Source: an uncultured Candidatus Saccharibacteria bacterium
GTDB lineage: Bacteria; Patescibacteriota; UBA1384; CAZZBO01
NCBI GenBank assembly: GCA_964652345.1
Contig: CAZZBO010000002.1
Span: forward strand, 1 to 61,095
Reading direction: 5' to 3'
DNA: 61,095 bases
The notes below the pieces were generated by a model. That model ran no database searches, had not been told where the DNA came from, and worked only from the letters and a program-made list of their open reading frames with translations. Numbering within the stretch: the first letter of the stretch is position 1; each line of letters begins with the position of its first letter. Below, in pieces: positions 40,818 to 49,303 of this stretch. The position numbers and the translations under genes were made by a program.

Positions 40818-41363
40818 ATGAGTAGAATAGGAAAAAAAATAATTATAAAACCTGAAAGTGTACAGATAAAAAAAATTGGTATAAATCTGGAAATTGTCGG
40901 GCCAAAAGGAACTTTGACTGTCAACGGACATCCAAAGATCTATTATGACATAGACGATAATAAAATATCAGTTATTGCCAAAAGTAAAGATAAACTTTCA
41001 AGATCGTTGCACGGTCTCTATAGAAGTCTTGTAAATAACGCGATAATTGGTGTTACTGAAGGATTTAAGAAAAAATTGGAAATGAAGGGAGTTGGTTATC
41101 GGGCAACTGTAAATAATAACATTTTAGAATTAAATGTAGGATTTTCTCATCCTGTTACAGTAGAAGCTCCTCATGGAATTGAAATAACTGTGGAAAAAAA
41201 CACAAATATCCATATTTTAGGAATAGATAAACAGCTTGTCGGAGAATACGCGGCAAAAATTAGAAAAGTTAGACTACCGGAACCTTACAAAGGCAAGGGT
41301 ATAAAATATTCAGATGAAATAATTAAAAGAAAAGCTGGAAAAACTGCTAAAACAGGAGCATAA
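40818..41363 (+). CDS. rplF: 50S ribosomal protein L6
   Basis: 181 aa. MSRIGKKIIIKP, GVGYRA and PEPYKGKGIKY. Confidence 0.96.
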   Translation: MSRIGKKIIIKPESVQIKKIGINLEIVGPKGTLTVNGHPKIYYDIDDNKISVIAKSKDKLSRSLHGLYRSLVNNAIIGVTEGFKKKLEMKGVGYRATVNNNILELNVGFSHPVTVEAPHGIEITVEKNTNIHILGIDKQLVGEYAAKIRKVRLPEPYKGKGIKYSDEIIKRKAGKTAKTGA

Positions 41364-41627
41364 ATGAGCTATACTTTAAAAATCTTTAGATCAAATAAAC
41401 ACATCTACGGACAATTCATAAAAGATACTATTATAAATTGGACATTGGCAGACATAAAATTCAAAGGAAGCAAGATAGAACGTGCTAGAAATTTGGGAGG
41501 GGAAATAGCTGAAAAATTAAAATCAGACAGCATTTATAAGATTAGGTTTGATAGAGGAAAATATAAATATCATGGAAGGGTTAAAGCGCTTGCAGAAGAA
41601 ATAAAAAACAAAGGGATAAAAATATGA
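41364..41627 (+). CDS. rplR: 50S ribosomal protein L18 (N-terminally short)
   Basis: 87 aa. LKIFRSNKHIYGQ, FDRGKYKYHGRVKALAE. Starts the nucleotide after the rplF stop. Confidence 0.9.
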   Translation: MSYTLKIFRSNKHIYGQFIKDTIINWTLADIKFKGSKIERARNLGGEIAEKLKSDSIYKIRFDRGKYKYHGRVKALAEEIKNKGIKI

Positions 41628-42085
41628 AAGAAAATACTAAAGAATATTCTGAATCTGAGAATAAACAAGAAGAAGTAGTAATTGAAATAAACAGAATATC
41701 CAGAACGGTCAAAGGTGGAAGAAGGATCAGATTTAGAGCAACTGTTGTAACAGGAAATAGAAACGGAAAAGTTGGGCTAGGAGTAGCAAAGGCGTCAGAA
41801 GTGCAAACAGCTGTTCAAAAAGCGACAAATTATGCTCGTAAGCATCAAGTCGATGTTCCAATAACCAAAGGTACGATCCCAATGCAAGTAGAAGCTAAAC
41901 ATGGTAGCGCAAAAATTATTATGAAACCTGCCAAGGAAGGGACTTCATTGATAGCAGGTAGCTCAATTCGTCCAATGCTTGAATTAGCGGGAATCAAAAA
42001 TATAGTTACAAAAAGTCTTGGTTCATCAAATAAAATTAATAATATTATAGCATCAATAAATGCATTTAAAAAATTAACAGATTAA
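41624..42085 (+). CDS. rpsE: 30S ribosomal protein S5
   Basis: 153 aa. RTVKGGRRIRFRATVVTGNRNGKVGLGVAKA. Confidence 0.96.
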   Translation: MKENTKEYSESENKQEEVVIEINRISRTVKGGRRIRFRATVVTGNRNGKVGLGVAKASEVQTAVQKATNYARKHQVDVPITKGTIPMQVEAKHGSAKIIMKPAKEGTSLIAGSSIRPMLELAGIKNIVTKSLGSSNKINNIIASINAFKKLTD

Positions 42086-42086
42086 A

Positions 42087-42485
42087 ATGAATATTCTAGA
42101 AAAATTTATAAAAAATAAATCAAAAAAAATAATCGGTCGCGGTCATTCTGGGAAAGCAGGAAAAACCGCGGGCAAAGGACATAAAGGTCAAAAATCAAGA
42201 TCAGGGTTTAATATTCCAAATGGATTTGAAGGTGGACAATCCACTATTACAACTCGATCTCCTAAATCAAGAGTTAAAATGAAAAAAAAGACTTTATATA
42301 TGATACTTGATTATACAAAAATTTCTTCTCTATTAGATAATGAAAAAAACATTTCAAAAAAATTATTAATCGAAAAAAAGATCATCAAAGATAATGAAAT
42401 TAAAAAAAATATCAAATTAAGTCAAGTACCCAATAATATTAAAGACGAAAAAAAATTTATTGATATAAAATTAACTAAAAAATAA
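42087..42485 (+). CDS. rplO: 50S ribosomal protein L15
   Basis: 132 aa. GRGHSGKAGKTAGKGHKGQKSRSG. Begins 1 nt after the rpsE stop, so there is no room for rpmD. Confidence 0.92.
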   Translation: MNILEKFIKNKSKKIIGRGHSGKAGKTAGKGHKGQKSRSGFNIPNGFEGGQSTITTRSPKSRVKMKKKTLYMILDYTKISSLLDNEKNISKKLLIEKKIIKDNEIKKNIKLSQVPNNIKDEKKFIDIKLTKK

Positions 42486-42486
42486 T

Positions 42487-43755
42487 ATGCCAGAAAAACT
42501 CAAAAACATTTGGCAATTAAAAGATTTAAGAAATAAAATATTAGTAACAGTCGGTCTTCTGGCTGCAACGCGCGTATTATCTCATATTCCGTTGCCCGGA
42601 GTTGATATTACAGCTTTAAAAAATTTATTTGTTACCAATCAAACATTTGGATTATTAGATTTATTTTCAGGGGGAGCGATATCTAATTTTTCGATTGTTT
42701 TAATGGGAGTTGGTCCATATATTACATCTTCGATTGTATTTCAATTATTAGGTTCTATAATACCATATTTTGAAAACTTACAAAAAAATGAAGGAGAAGC
42801 TGGAAAGCAAAAAATAAATTATTATACAAGAATCGCTACCGTTCCTTTTTCAATAGTTCAGTGTTATGGTGTAATCTCTCTTTTGCACCAACAAAATTTA
42901 TTAGGAAACCTGACTCTTCAAGATAAATTTGTTTTGTCTACAGTTGCTACCGCGGGCACCATGCTTATGATGTGGATGGGTGAAACTATCTCTGAAAAAG
43001 GTATAGGTAACGGTGTGTCATTGATAATATCTCTTGGTATTATTGCTGGCTTCCCAACTCAAATCCGAAATACATTGGCATCAGTGCAAAGTTCACAATT
43101 TTTAAGCTTGATTATGTTTTTAGTATTATTTATCTTAGTAATTGCAATAATCGTTGCAATTTCTGAAGCTCAAAGAGAAATCCCAATTACTTATGCAAGA
43201 AGAGTAAGGGATTCAGGATACGGCTCCGTTGCCTCTCATTTGCCTATAAGAATTACTGCCGCTGGTGTAATTCCGATAATTTTTGCGCTTGCAATTTTGA
43301 CCTTTCCTACAGTTTTAGCAAAGTTTTTAACTGGAGCAAAATCAGAAATTATCGCAAAATCAGCTCAAATGACTCAAACATTTTTAGAGAATCAAACTTA
43401 CCATTCTATACTATATTTTATTTTTGTTTGTTTATTTACATTTTTTTATACATATATAATATTCCAACCAAAACAAATTGCTGAAAATTTACAAAAGCAG
43501 GGAGCTTTTATACCGGGAATTCGACCCGGCAAGGAAACTGAAAAATATATTAATTATATATTAGCAAGAATAACTTTATTTGGATCAATATTTTTAGCAA
43601 CTATCGCAGTATTACCGTTTGTAGTTCAAAATCTATTAAACATCAATACTATCGCACTTGGCGGAACAGGAATATTGATAATTGTATCAGTAACAATAGA
43701 AACATACCGTCAGGTACAGTCGCAGTTATTGGTAAGAACTTATGACAACTATTAA
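42487..43755 (+). CDS. secY: preprotein translocase subunit SecY
   Basis: 422 aa, multi-TM. LGVGPYITSSIVFQLL, GEAGKQKINYYTR and GGTGILI. Confidence 0.97.
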   Translation: MPEKLKNIWQLKDLRNKILVTVGLLAATRVLSHIPLPGVDITALKNLFVTNQTFGLLDLFSGGAISNFSIVLMGVGPYITSSIVFQLLGSIIPYFENLQKNEGEAGKQKINYYTRIATVPFSIVQCYGVISLLHQQNLLGNLTLQDKFVLSTVATAGTMLMMWMGETISEKGIGNGVSLIISLGIIAGFPTQIRNTLASVQSSQFLSLIMFLVLFILVIAIIVAISEAQREIPITYARRVRDSGYGSVASHLPIRITAAGVIPIIFALAILTFPTVLAKFLTGAKSEIIAKSAQMTQTFLENQTYHSILYFIFVCLFTFFYTYIIFQPKQIAENLQKQGAFIPGIRPGKETEKYINYILARITLFGSIFLATIAVLPFVVQNLLNINTIALGGTGILIIVSVTIETYRQVQSQLLVRTYDNY

Positions 43756-44659
43756 TCCAAAAAAAAGAGCAATATTTTTATCTATAACTATATTTCTTTT
43801 AGTTTTAATAGTGGGCGCTATTATTTATATGGAAAAAGAACATTTTTACAACAAGGGTAAGATTAAATCTTTAAATTCTAAAGAAATCCCCAATAAGATA
43901 ATTTATTTAACAAAAAATAAAGACATAACCCAAATATTTGAATATAATATAAATACAAAACAATCTACAGTACTATATTCAGATGAAAAACTAATGAATA
44001 AAATTGATGAGATTACATATTTTGATTATGCATCAAAAATTATCATTGCAAGCGTAAAAAAATCTCCTGACGCATTGTCTTCTCTTGTCAAAATAAATTT
44101 CCCTGAAAAAAAAGATAATAATATAATTGATGCATTTCCATATACTTTAGCTTTTACGAATAGTGACGGTTCATTTATTACAGGAATTATTAACGCATCA
44201 GCAGATGTTAAATTAGTTTTAAAATCAAATTTTGATTCTCTGACGCAAGAAATTTTTAGTTTCCAAAACGAACCAAAGAACATTATTTACATTAGACAAA
44301 TAAACTCTTGGCTTATTAAAATTGAAAACGAAAATTGGAAAATACTTAAAAATAATAATATTACATCGATAGAAAATACAATTGATTCTTCAATGAAGTC
44401 ATATCAAAACACTTATGGACTATACAATAGAGATAAAACAATTTATCAAATAAACCTCAAAAATAATCATGAAAATTATTTTACACTAATTGAAAACAAG
44501 CCGATAGATTTTTATGTCAAAAACAAGTGTATTGTATATAATTACGAAATTACAGAAAATGAAGATGCCTTAGCTAATTCAAAACTTAATTGCAATGGAT
44601 CAGAAGTAAACTTGGAACTTTTTGCAGATAAATTTTTAGATATAATATATGAAAACTAA
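43742..44659 (+). CDS. membrane-anchored hypothetical protein (Asn/Ile/Lys-rich extracytoplasmic domain)
   Basis: 305 aa. One N-terminal TM helix (AIFLSITIFLLVLIVGAIIYM). The remainder is beta-rich and low-complexity-like. 14-nt overlap with secY. No family recognised. Confidence 0.6.
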   Translation: MTTINPKKRAIFLSITIFLLVLIVGAIIYMEKEHFYNKGKIKSLNSKEIPNKIIYLTKNKDITQIFEYNINTKQSTVLYSDEKLMNKIDEITYFDYASKIIIASVKKSPDALSSLVKINFPEKKDNNIIDAFPYTLAFTNSDGSFITGIINASADVKLVLKSNFDSLTQEIFSFQNEPKNIIYIRQINSWLIKIENENWKILKNNNITSIENTIDSSMKSYQNTYGLYNRDKTIYQINLKNNHENYFTLIENKPIDFYVKNKCIVYNYEITENEDALANSKLNCNGSEVNLELFADKFLDIIYEN

Positions 44660-45215
44660 AGTTTTATTGATTTTAACATTCATAATTATAAGTTGTTTGA
44701 TATTTTTAATCGAAAACGAGATTTTTAAACATCAACCTCCGAGCATAACATCTGATGAAAAAAAACAAAATGTAAATACTGTGATATTCCCTCAATTTAT
44801 AGAATCTACCCAATATGAACCTGAAATAACACACAAAGTTCAATATGGAGACTCGATTGTTTCAATAGCTAAAAAATATTCAGTAAGTTTCGAAACTATT
44901 ATCTCAATAAATAAACTTTCAAATCCAGATCAACTGCCTGAAAATATCACATTAGTAATCCCTCAATATGACGAAACAATAAAAAAAATTATACTCAAAT
45001 ACAAGTATGGAAACAGGACTCAAACAAATTCGGTTATAGACGATGAAATCGATAGATTTTTAGATGTACACACAAACTATAAAATTTTGGAAAAATCCAT
45101 CATATACAATAAAAATCAATTTGCATGTGTAGAAATTAAATATGAAAATATGAAGAAAAAATCATATTTATATAAATATGATAACGATTGGCAAGTCGTT
45201 GGAATGGAGATTTGA
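44649..45215 (+). CDS. membrane-anchored LysM-domain protein
   Basis: 188 aa. N-terminal TM/signal (VLLILTFIIISCLIFLI). LysM-like HKVQYGDSIVSIAKKYSVSFETIISINKLSNPDQLPENITLVIP. Confidence 0.7.
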   Translation: MKTKVLLILTFIIISCLIFLIENEIFKHQPPSITSDEKKQNVNTVIFPQFIESTQYEPEITHKVQYGDSIVSIAKKYSVSFETIISINKLSNPDQLPENITLVIPQYDETIKKIILKYKYGNRTQTNSVIDDEIDRFLDVHTNYKILEKSIIYNKNQFACVEIKYENMKKKSYLYKYDNDWQVVGMEI

Positions 45216-45757
45216 TGAGAGCAATTGTAATATTTGGTAAGCCAGGATCTGGAAAGGACACTCAAGCCAACTTACTATCAAAAAAACTAAAGATAAAGAT
45301 TTTAAATATTGGAGAAATACTAAGAAATAATTTAAAAATATTGACCGATGAACAACGAGAAGTTGTAAACAGGGGCAACTTACTTTCTGATAAAACTATC
45401 CAAAGTATTGTAGATAATCAAATAAACCTTAACCATTATGAAAAAATAATATTCAATGGATACCCAAGAACAATAGGACAAGCCAAGGGATTGATTAATA
45501 TTTGTAAAAAACCTATCATAATCGTTCTTAATATATCAGACAAAGAATCAAAACAAAGATTATTACAAAGAAAAGATGGCAGAGTAGACGACAAAGAGGA
45601 TGTAATTTCAAAAAGAATTGAACAATATCATAAGCAAACTAAAAAAATAATTGATTTTTTCAAACAATTAAATTTAAATTTAATTGAAATAAACGGAGAA
45701 CAAACAATAAAAAAAATCGCTGAAGAAATTTATAAAAAAATTTATGACAAAATCTAA
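45215..45757 (+). CDS. adk: adenylate kinase (short-LID form)
   Basis: ATG 45215 (TGATG overlap) gives MRAIVIFGKPGSGKDTQ, the P-loop at its usual place. The track's TTG 45188 would add 9 unconserved aa. Confidence 0.92.
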   Translation: MRAIVIFGKPGSGKDTQANLLSKKLKIKILNIGEILRNNLKILTDEQREVVNRGNLLSDKTIQSIVDNQINLNHYEKIIFNGYPRTIGQAKGLINICKKPIIIVLNISDKESKQRLLQRKDGRVDDKEDVISKRIEQYHKQTKKIIDFFKQLNLNLIEINGEQTIKKIAEEIYKKIYDKI

Positions 45758-46481
45758 GCAAGAACTGCAATATATGAGAGAAGGGGGAAAAATATTAAAG
45801 AATATCTTAAATATACTTATTGAAAATATAAATACAAGCAGATGTGGGCTTGATATTGAGAAACTGGCATTAAAACTGTGTCAAAAATTTCAGGTGATGC
45901 CCGCATTTTTAAATTATAATTCATACCCATACGCTACATGTATCTCTGTGAATTCCACAGTAGTGCATGGTTTGCCCAATTCGACTAAATTTAAAAAAGA
46001 TGATTTGATTTCAATTGATTTTGGAATAATACACAAAAAAATGAATCTAGACGCTGCAAGATCTATTTGTTTAAACAAAAAAAATAATTTAAATCAAAAA
46101 TTTATTAATCTTACAAGAGAATCATTTTATCAAGCGATAAAGGGGGTTAAAGCAGGAAGCACGGTTGGCGACATAGGTTATCAAATATCTTGTTTCGCAA
46201 GAGCAAACAATCTCACTGTTTTAGAAGACTTATGTGGGCACGGAATAGGAAAAGATTTACAAGAACCACCGAATGTATTCAATTTTGGTAAAAAAAAATC
46301 AGGACATAAACTTACCCAAAATATGACAATCGCAATAGAACCTATGTTCTCTTTGGGCTCACCAAAAATTATATTAGAAAAAGACAAATATTCTATAAAA
46401 TCTATAGACGGTAGTTTAACTGCTCACTGGGAAAATACAATAATAATAGGTAAAAACAATGTTGAAGTAATAACCGAATGA
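45744..46481 (+). CDS. map: type I methionine aminopeptidase
   Basis: 245 aa. Metal-ligand contexts VVHGLP, ISIDFG, LDAARS, CGHGIG, IAIEP and HWENT. Confidence 0.94.
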   Translation: MTKSKQELQYMREGGKILKNILNILIENINTSRCGLDIEKLALKLCQKFQVMPAFLNYNSYPYATCISVNSTVVHGLPNSTKFKKDDLISIDFGIIHKKMNLDAARSICLNKKNNLNQKFINLTRESFYQAIKGVKAGSTVGDIGYQISCFARANNLTVLEDLCGHGIGKDLQEPPNVFNFGKKKSGHKLTQNMTIAIEPMFSLGSPKIILEKDKYSIKSIDGSLTAHWENTIIIGKNNVEVITE

Positions 46482-46487
46482 TAATTA

Positions 46488-46516
46488 TTGACTTAAAAGC
46501 TAATAAATGTTAATAT
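46488..46516 (+). promoter_or_regulatory. candidate extended -10 promoter for infA-rpmJ-rpsM...
   Basis: TTGACT (46488-46493), 17-nt spacer that ends in TGT, then TAATAT (46511-46516). This makes an extended -10, TGtTAATAT. The infA ATG lies at 46527. Confidence 0.55.
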
Positions 46517-46526
46517 TAATAAGTAA

Positions 46527-46739
46527 ATGACAAAAGAAGTAATAGAATCACAAGGCATTGTTACAGAATCGTTGCCTAATGCTATGTTTAAAGTTGATTT
46601 AGATAGCGGGCAAACAATTCTAGCGCATATATCAGGCAAAATCAGATTAAATTATATTAAAATTCTGCCTGGTGATAAAGTGTTGCTAGAAATTTCACCT
46701 TATGATTTAACAAAGGGAAGAATAACAAAAAGATTATGA
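46527..46739 (+). CDS. infA: translation initiation factor IF-1
   Basis: 70 aa. S1-like fold: [43 protein letters not shown]. Confidence 0.97.
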   Translation: MTKEVIESQGIVTESLPNAMFKVDLDSGQTILAHISGKIRLNYIKILPGDKVLLEISPYDLTKGRITKRL

Positions 46740-46867
46740 AGGTTAGACCGTCAATAAAAAAAATTTGTGATAAATGCCAGATAGTATCAAGAAAAAGCAA
46801 GTCAGGAAAAAAAAGACTATATGTAATTTGTGACAAAAATAGTCGCCATAAACAGAGGCAGGGTTAA
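46736..46867 (+). CDS. rpmJ: 50S ribosomal protein L36
   Basis: Not in the ORF track because it is under 60 aa. My translation is [43 protein letters not shown] (43 aa). ATGA overlap with the infA stop. Canonical position before rpsM. Confidence 0.9.
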   Translation: MKVRPSIKKICDKCQIVSRKSKSGKKRLYVICDKNSRHKQRQG

Positions 46868-46868
46868 A

Positions 46869-47255
46869 ATGATTAGAATCGCTGGAGTAAACTTATCGGA
46901 AAATAAACGTTGTGATATTTCATTATCTTATTTGTATGGCATAGGAAAATCAAATGCAAGAATTATTTTAGAAAAATCAAAAATTGATTATAATTTAAAA
47001 CTAAAAGATTTAAAAGAAGAGGAAATTGATAAATTACGGATATACATAGAAAAAAATTATAAAGTAGAGGGAGATTTGAGAGTTGAGATTAATCAAAACA
47101 TTAAAAGATTAAAGGAAATAAACAGTTATCGCGGATCAAGGCATATCAGCAATTTACCAGTAAGAGGTCAAAGAACAAAAACAAACAGCAGAACAAAAAG
47201 AGGAAAAAAGGTAACAGTTGGAAGTGGAAGAAAAAAAGCTAGCGAAAAAACATAA
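46869..47255 (+). CDS. rpsM: 30S ribosomal protein S13
   Basis: ATG 46869 gives MIRIAGVNL, the conserved S13 N-terminus. The track start 46830 would overlap rpmJ. Confidence 0.95.
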   Translation: MIRIAGVNLSENKRCDISLSYLYGIGKSNARIILEKSKIDYNLKLKDLKEEEIDKLRIYIEKNYKVEGDLRVEINQNIKRLKEINSYRGSRHISNLPVRGQRTKTNSRTKRGKKVTVGSGRKKASEKT

Positions 47256-47260
47256 AGAAA

Positions 47261-47650
47261 ATGGCAAAAAAATTTATAAAAAATAAGAAAAAAGCAATTC
47301 GAACTGTATTGAAAGGAAAAATCTATATACAGTCAACTTTTAACAATACAATCATCACAATAACCGATGAAAAAGGTGGGGTGATATCATGGACATCAGC
47401 AGGATCGAGTGGGTTTAAAGGAGCGAGAAAATCAACACCTTATGCTGCGCAAATTGCTTGTAAGACGGCAATAGATAAAGCAAAAAATTATGGACTTAAC
47501 GGAGTTGACATATATGTTTCAGGAGTAGGGACAGGGAGAGAATCAGCGGTAAGAGCGATCAATGGAACAAACTTAACAGTTTATTCAATAAATGATACAA
47601 CCCCTATAGCACACAACGGCTGTAGACCAAAAAAAATCAGGAGAGTTTAA
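47261..47650 (+). CDS. rpsK: 30S ribosomal protein S11
   Basis: 129 aa. IQSTFNNTIITITDEKG...FKGARKSTPYAAQ...PIAHNGCRPKK. Confidence 0.97.
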   Translation: MAKKFIKNKKKAIRTVLKGKIYIQSTFNNTIITITDEKGGVISWTSAGSSGFKGARKSTPYAAQIACKTAIDKAKNYGLNGVDIYVSGVGTGRESAVRAINGTNLTVYSINDTTPIAHNGCRPKKIRRV

Positions 47651-48129
47651 TGTCAAGAAAAAGAAGTCAAAAAAAAATATCTGAATACGGCAAACAGCTG
47701 CAAGAGAAACAGAAACTGAAGAGAGAATATGGTTTAAGAGAAAAACAGTTTGCTAATATTTATAAAAAAGCAAGCACAAAAAAAGAATCTACAGGTTTAA
47801 TATTGTTGCAATCTTTAGAGTTAAGATTGGATAATGTTTTATACAGAAGTGGTTTTTTCAAAACAAGAAAACAAGCAAGGCAAGCAGTTACCCATGGTCA
47901 TATTATAGTAAATGATAAAAAAGCTACTCTTCCATCATTACAACTAAAGATAGATGATGGATTTAAATTAAAAAATACATCGATAAGTCAATCCGGCGAT
48001 CAAGAAGTAAGCGGTTGGCTAAAAATAAACAATAAGTTAATGTCTGGGAAAGTTGAACGCTTACCAGAGCGTGACGAGATCTCACAAGAAATTGATGAGC
48101 AACTCGTTATCGAATATTATTCTCGATAA
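47650..48129 (+). CDS. rpsD: 30S ribosomal protein S4 (N-terminally short)
   Basis: 159 aa. YGKQLQEKQKLKREYG, an S4 RNA-binding domain (LELRLDNVLYRSGF...QARQAVTHGHIIVN), and C-terminal LVIEYYSR. Confidence 0.93.
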   Translation: MSRKRSQKKISEYGKQLQEKQKLKREYGLREKQFANIYKKASTKKESTGLILLQSLELRLDNVLYRSGFFKTRKQARQAVTHGHIIVNDKKATLPSLQLKIDDGFKLKNTSISQSGDQEVSGWLKINNKLMSGKVERLPERDEISQEIDEQLVIEYYSR

Positions 48130-48142
48130 AGGGGAGGATTAT

Positions 48143-48898
48143 ATGGAAAGTCTCATACCTGAAGTAAATTTATTAACAGTTAAAAAAGAAACACTTGATC
48201 AAGGAACAAGGTTTATAATTGAACCTCTTTCACCTGGATACGGAGTTACATTTGGTAATTCTCTTAGAAGAATTCTGTTATCTTCACTGCCGGGAGCGGC
48301 AATCACAACGATGAAAATTGAAGGAGTAGATCATGAGTTTAGCCATATTGATGGCATGAAAGAAGATGTAGTCGAATTAATTTTAAATTTAAAAAAAATA
48401 GCACTCAAATCACATTCTGAAGATCCCGTAACCATAAAGCTTGAAGCTAAAGGTAAGGGAATAATTACTACAGATGATATTAAAAAAAATCCATCAGTAG
48501 AGTTTTCTCCAAAACAATATATATGTACTTTATCTGAAAAAGCAAAACTTAATATGGAACTTACTATAGAACAAGGAAAGGGATATGTCAGCGCTGAAAG
48601 CAAACGCGATTTAAAGCTACCTCTTGGAACAATTGCAATTGATTCGATTTTTTCTCCGATTGCAAGAGTAAACTTTGTAGTTGAAAATACAAGAGTTGGA
48701 CGAATTACCAACTTTGACAAACTGATCTTAGACATCATTACAAATGATACAATAAGCGGAGAGGAAGCATTTGCTACTGCGCTCAAAATATTCAATGAAC
48801 ATATTGATAAAATATTATCTTCGGAATCATTAACAATCACTAAGATAAAAAAACAAAAATCAGAAAAAAAAGAACCTAAAAAAAAGACAAACAAATAA
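48143..48898 (+). CDS. rpoA: DNA-directed RNA polymerase subunit alpha, N-terminal domain only
   Basis: ATG 48143 follows GGGGAGG (48131-48137). 251 aa. NTD motifs FIIEPLSPGYGVTFGNSLRRILLSSLPGAAIT and IDSIFSPI. The protein ends in a Lys-rich tail, and rplQ starts 4 nt later. Confidence 0.92.
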   Translation: MESLIPEVNLLTVKKETLDQGTRFIIEPLSPGYGVTFGNSLRRILLSSLPGAAITTMKIEGVDHEFSHIDGMKEDVVELILNLKKIALKSHSEDPVTIKLEAKGKGIITTDDIKKNPSVEFSPKQYICTLSEKAKLNMELTIEQGKGYVSAESKRDLKLPLGTIAIDSIFSPIARVNFVVENTRVGRITNFDKLILDIITNDTISGEEAFATALKIFNEHIDKILSSESLTITKIKKQKSEKKEPKKKTNK

Positions 48899-48901
48899 AA
48901 G

Positions 48902-49303
48902 ATGAAGATTAAATTATCCAGAAAAAGAAATAATAGAAAAAGTCTCACAAGAAATCTTGTAACATCTTTTATTTTGCATGAATCTGTCACAACTACCGAA
49001 GCTAAATCAAAATTACTCATAAAAAATTTTCAACGTCTTATAAAAAACACCAAGAATAAAGACCTAGAAGCGACAAGATATGCAAAGAGTATACTGTTTG
49101 ATAATAATGCAGTAAAAAAATTATTTGAAGATATTCATCCAAGATTAGTAAGTCCATTTGGGTCAATTATGACATTAAAAATTGGCAACAGATCGGGTGA
49201 TAATGCAAAAATGAAAAAAAATATATTAATTTTAAAGCCAATTGTACAAAAAGAAGACAAAGATACAAATAAAGAAACTAAGAAGCAAAAAGATGAAAAA
49301 TAA
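48902..49303 (+). CDS. rplQ: 50S ribosomal protein L17
   Basis: 133 aa. RKSLTRNLVTSFILHESVTTTEAKSK. Canonical position after rpoA. Confidence 0.92.
   Translation: MKIKLSRKRNNRKSLTRNLVTSFILHESVTTTEAKSKLLIKNFQRLIKNTKNKDLEATRYAKSILFDNNAVKKLFEDIHPRLVSPFGSIMTLKIGNRSGDNAKMKKNILILKPIVQKEDKDTNKETKKQKDEK

Noticed and set aside
48331-49020. 229-aa minus-strand ORF antisense to rpoA/rplQ.
   Set aside because: It fully overlaps two strongly conserved plus-strand genes. Its product is low-complexity and Ser/Phe/Leu/Ile-rich, as expected for the antisense frame of AT-rich coding DNA. It has no SD and no recognisable motif.
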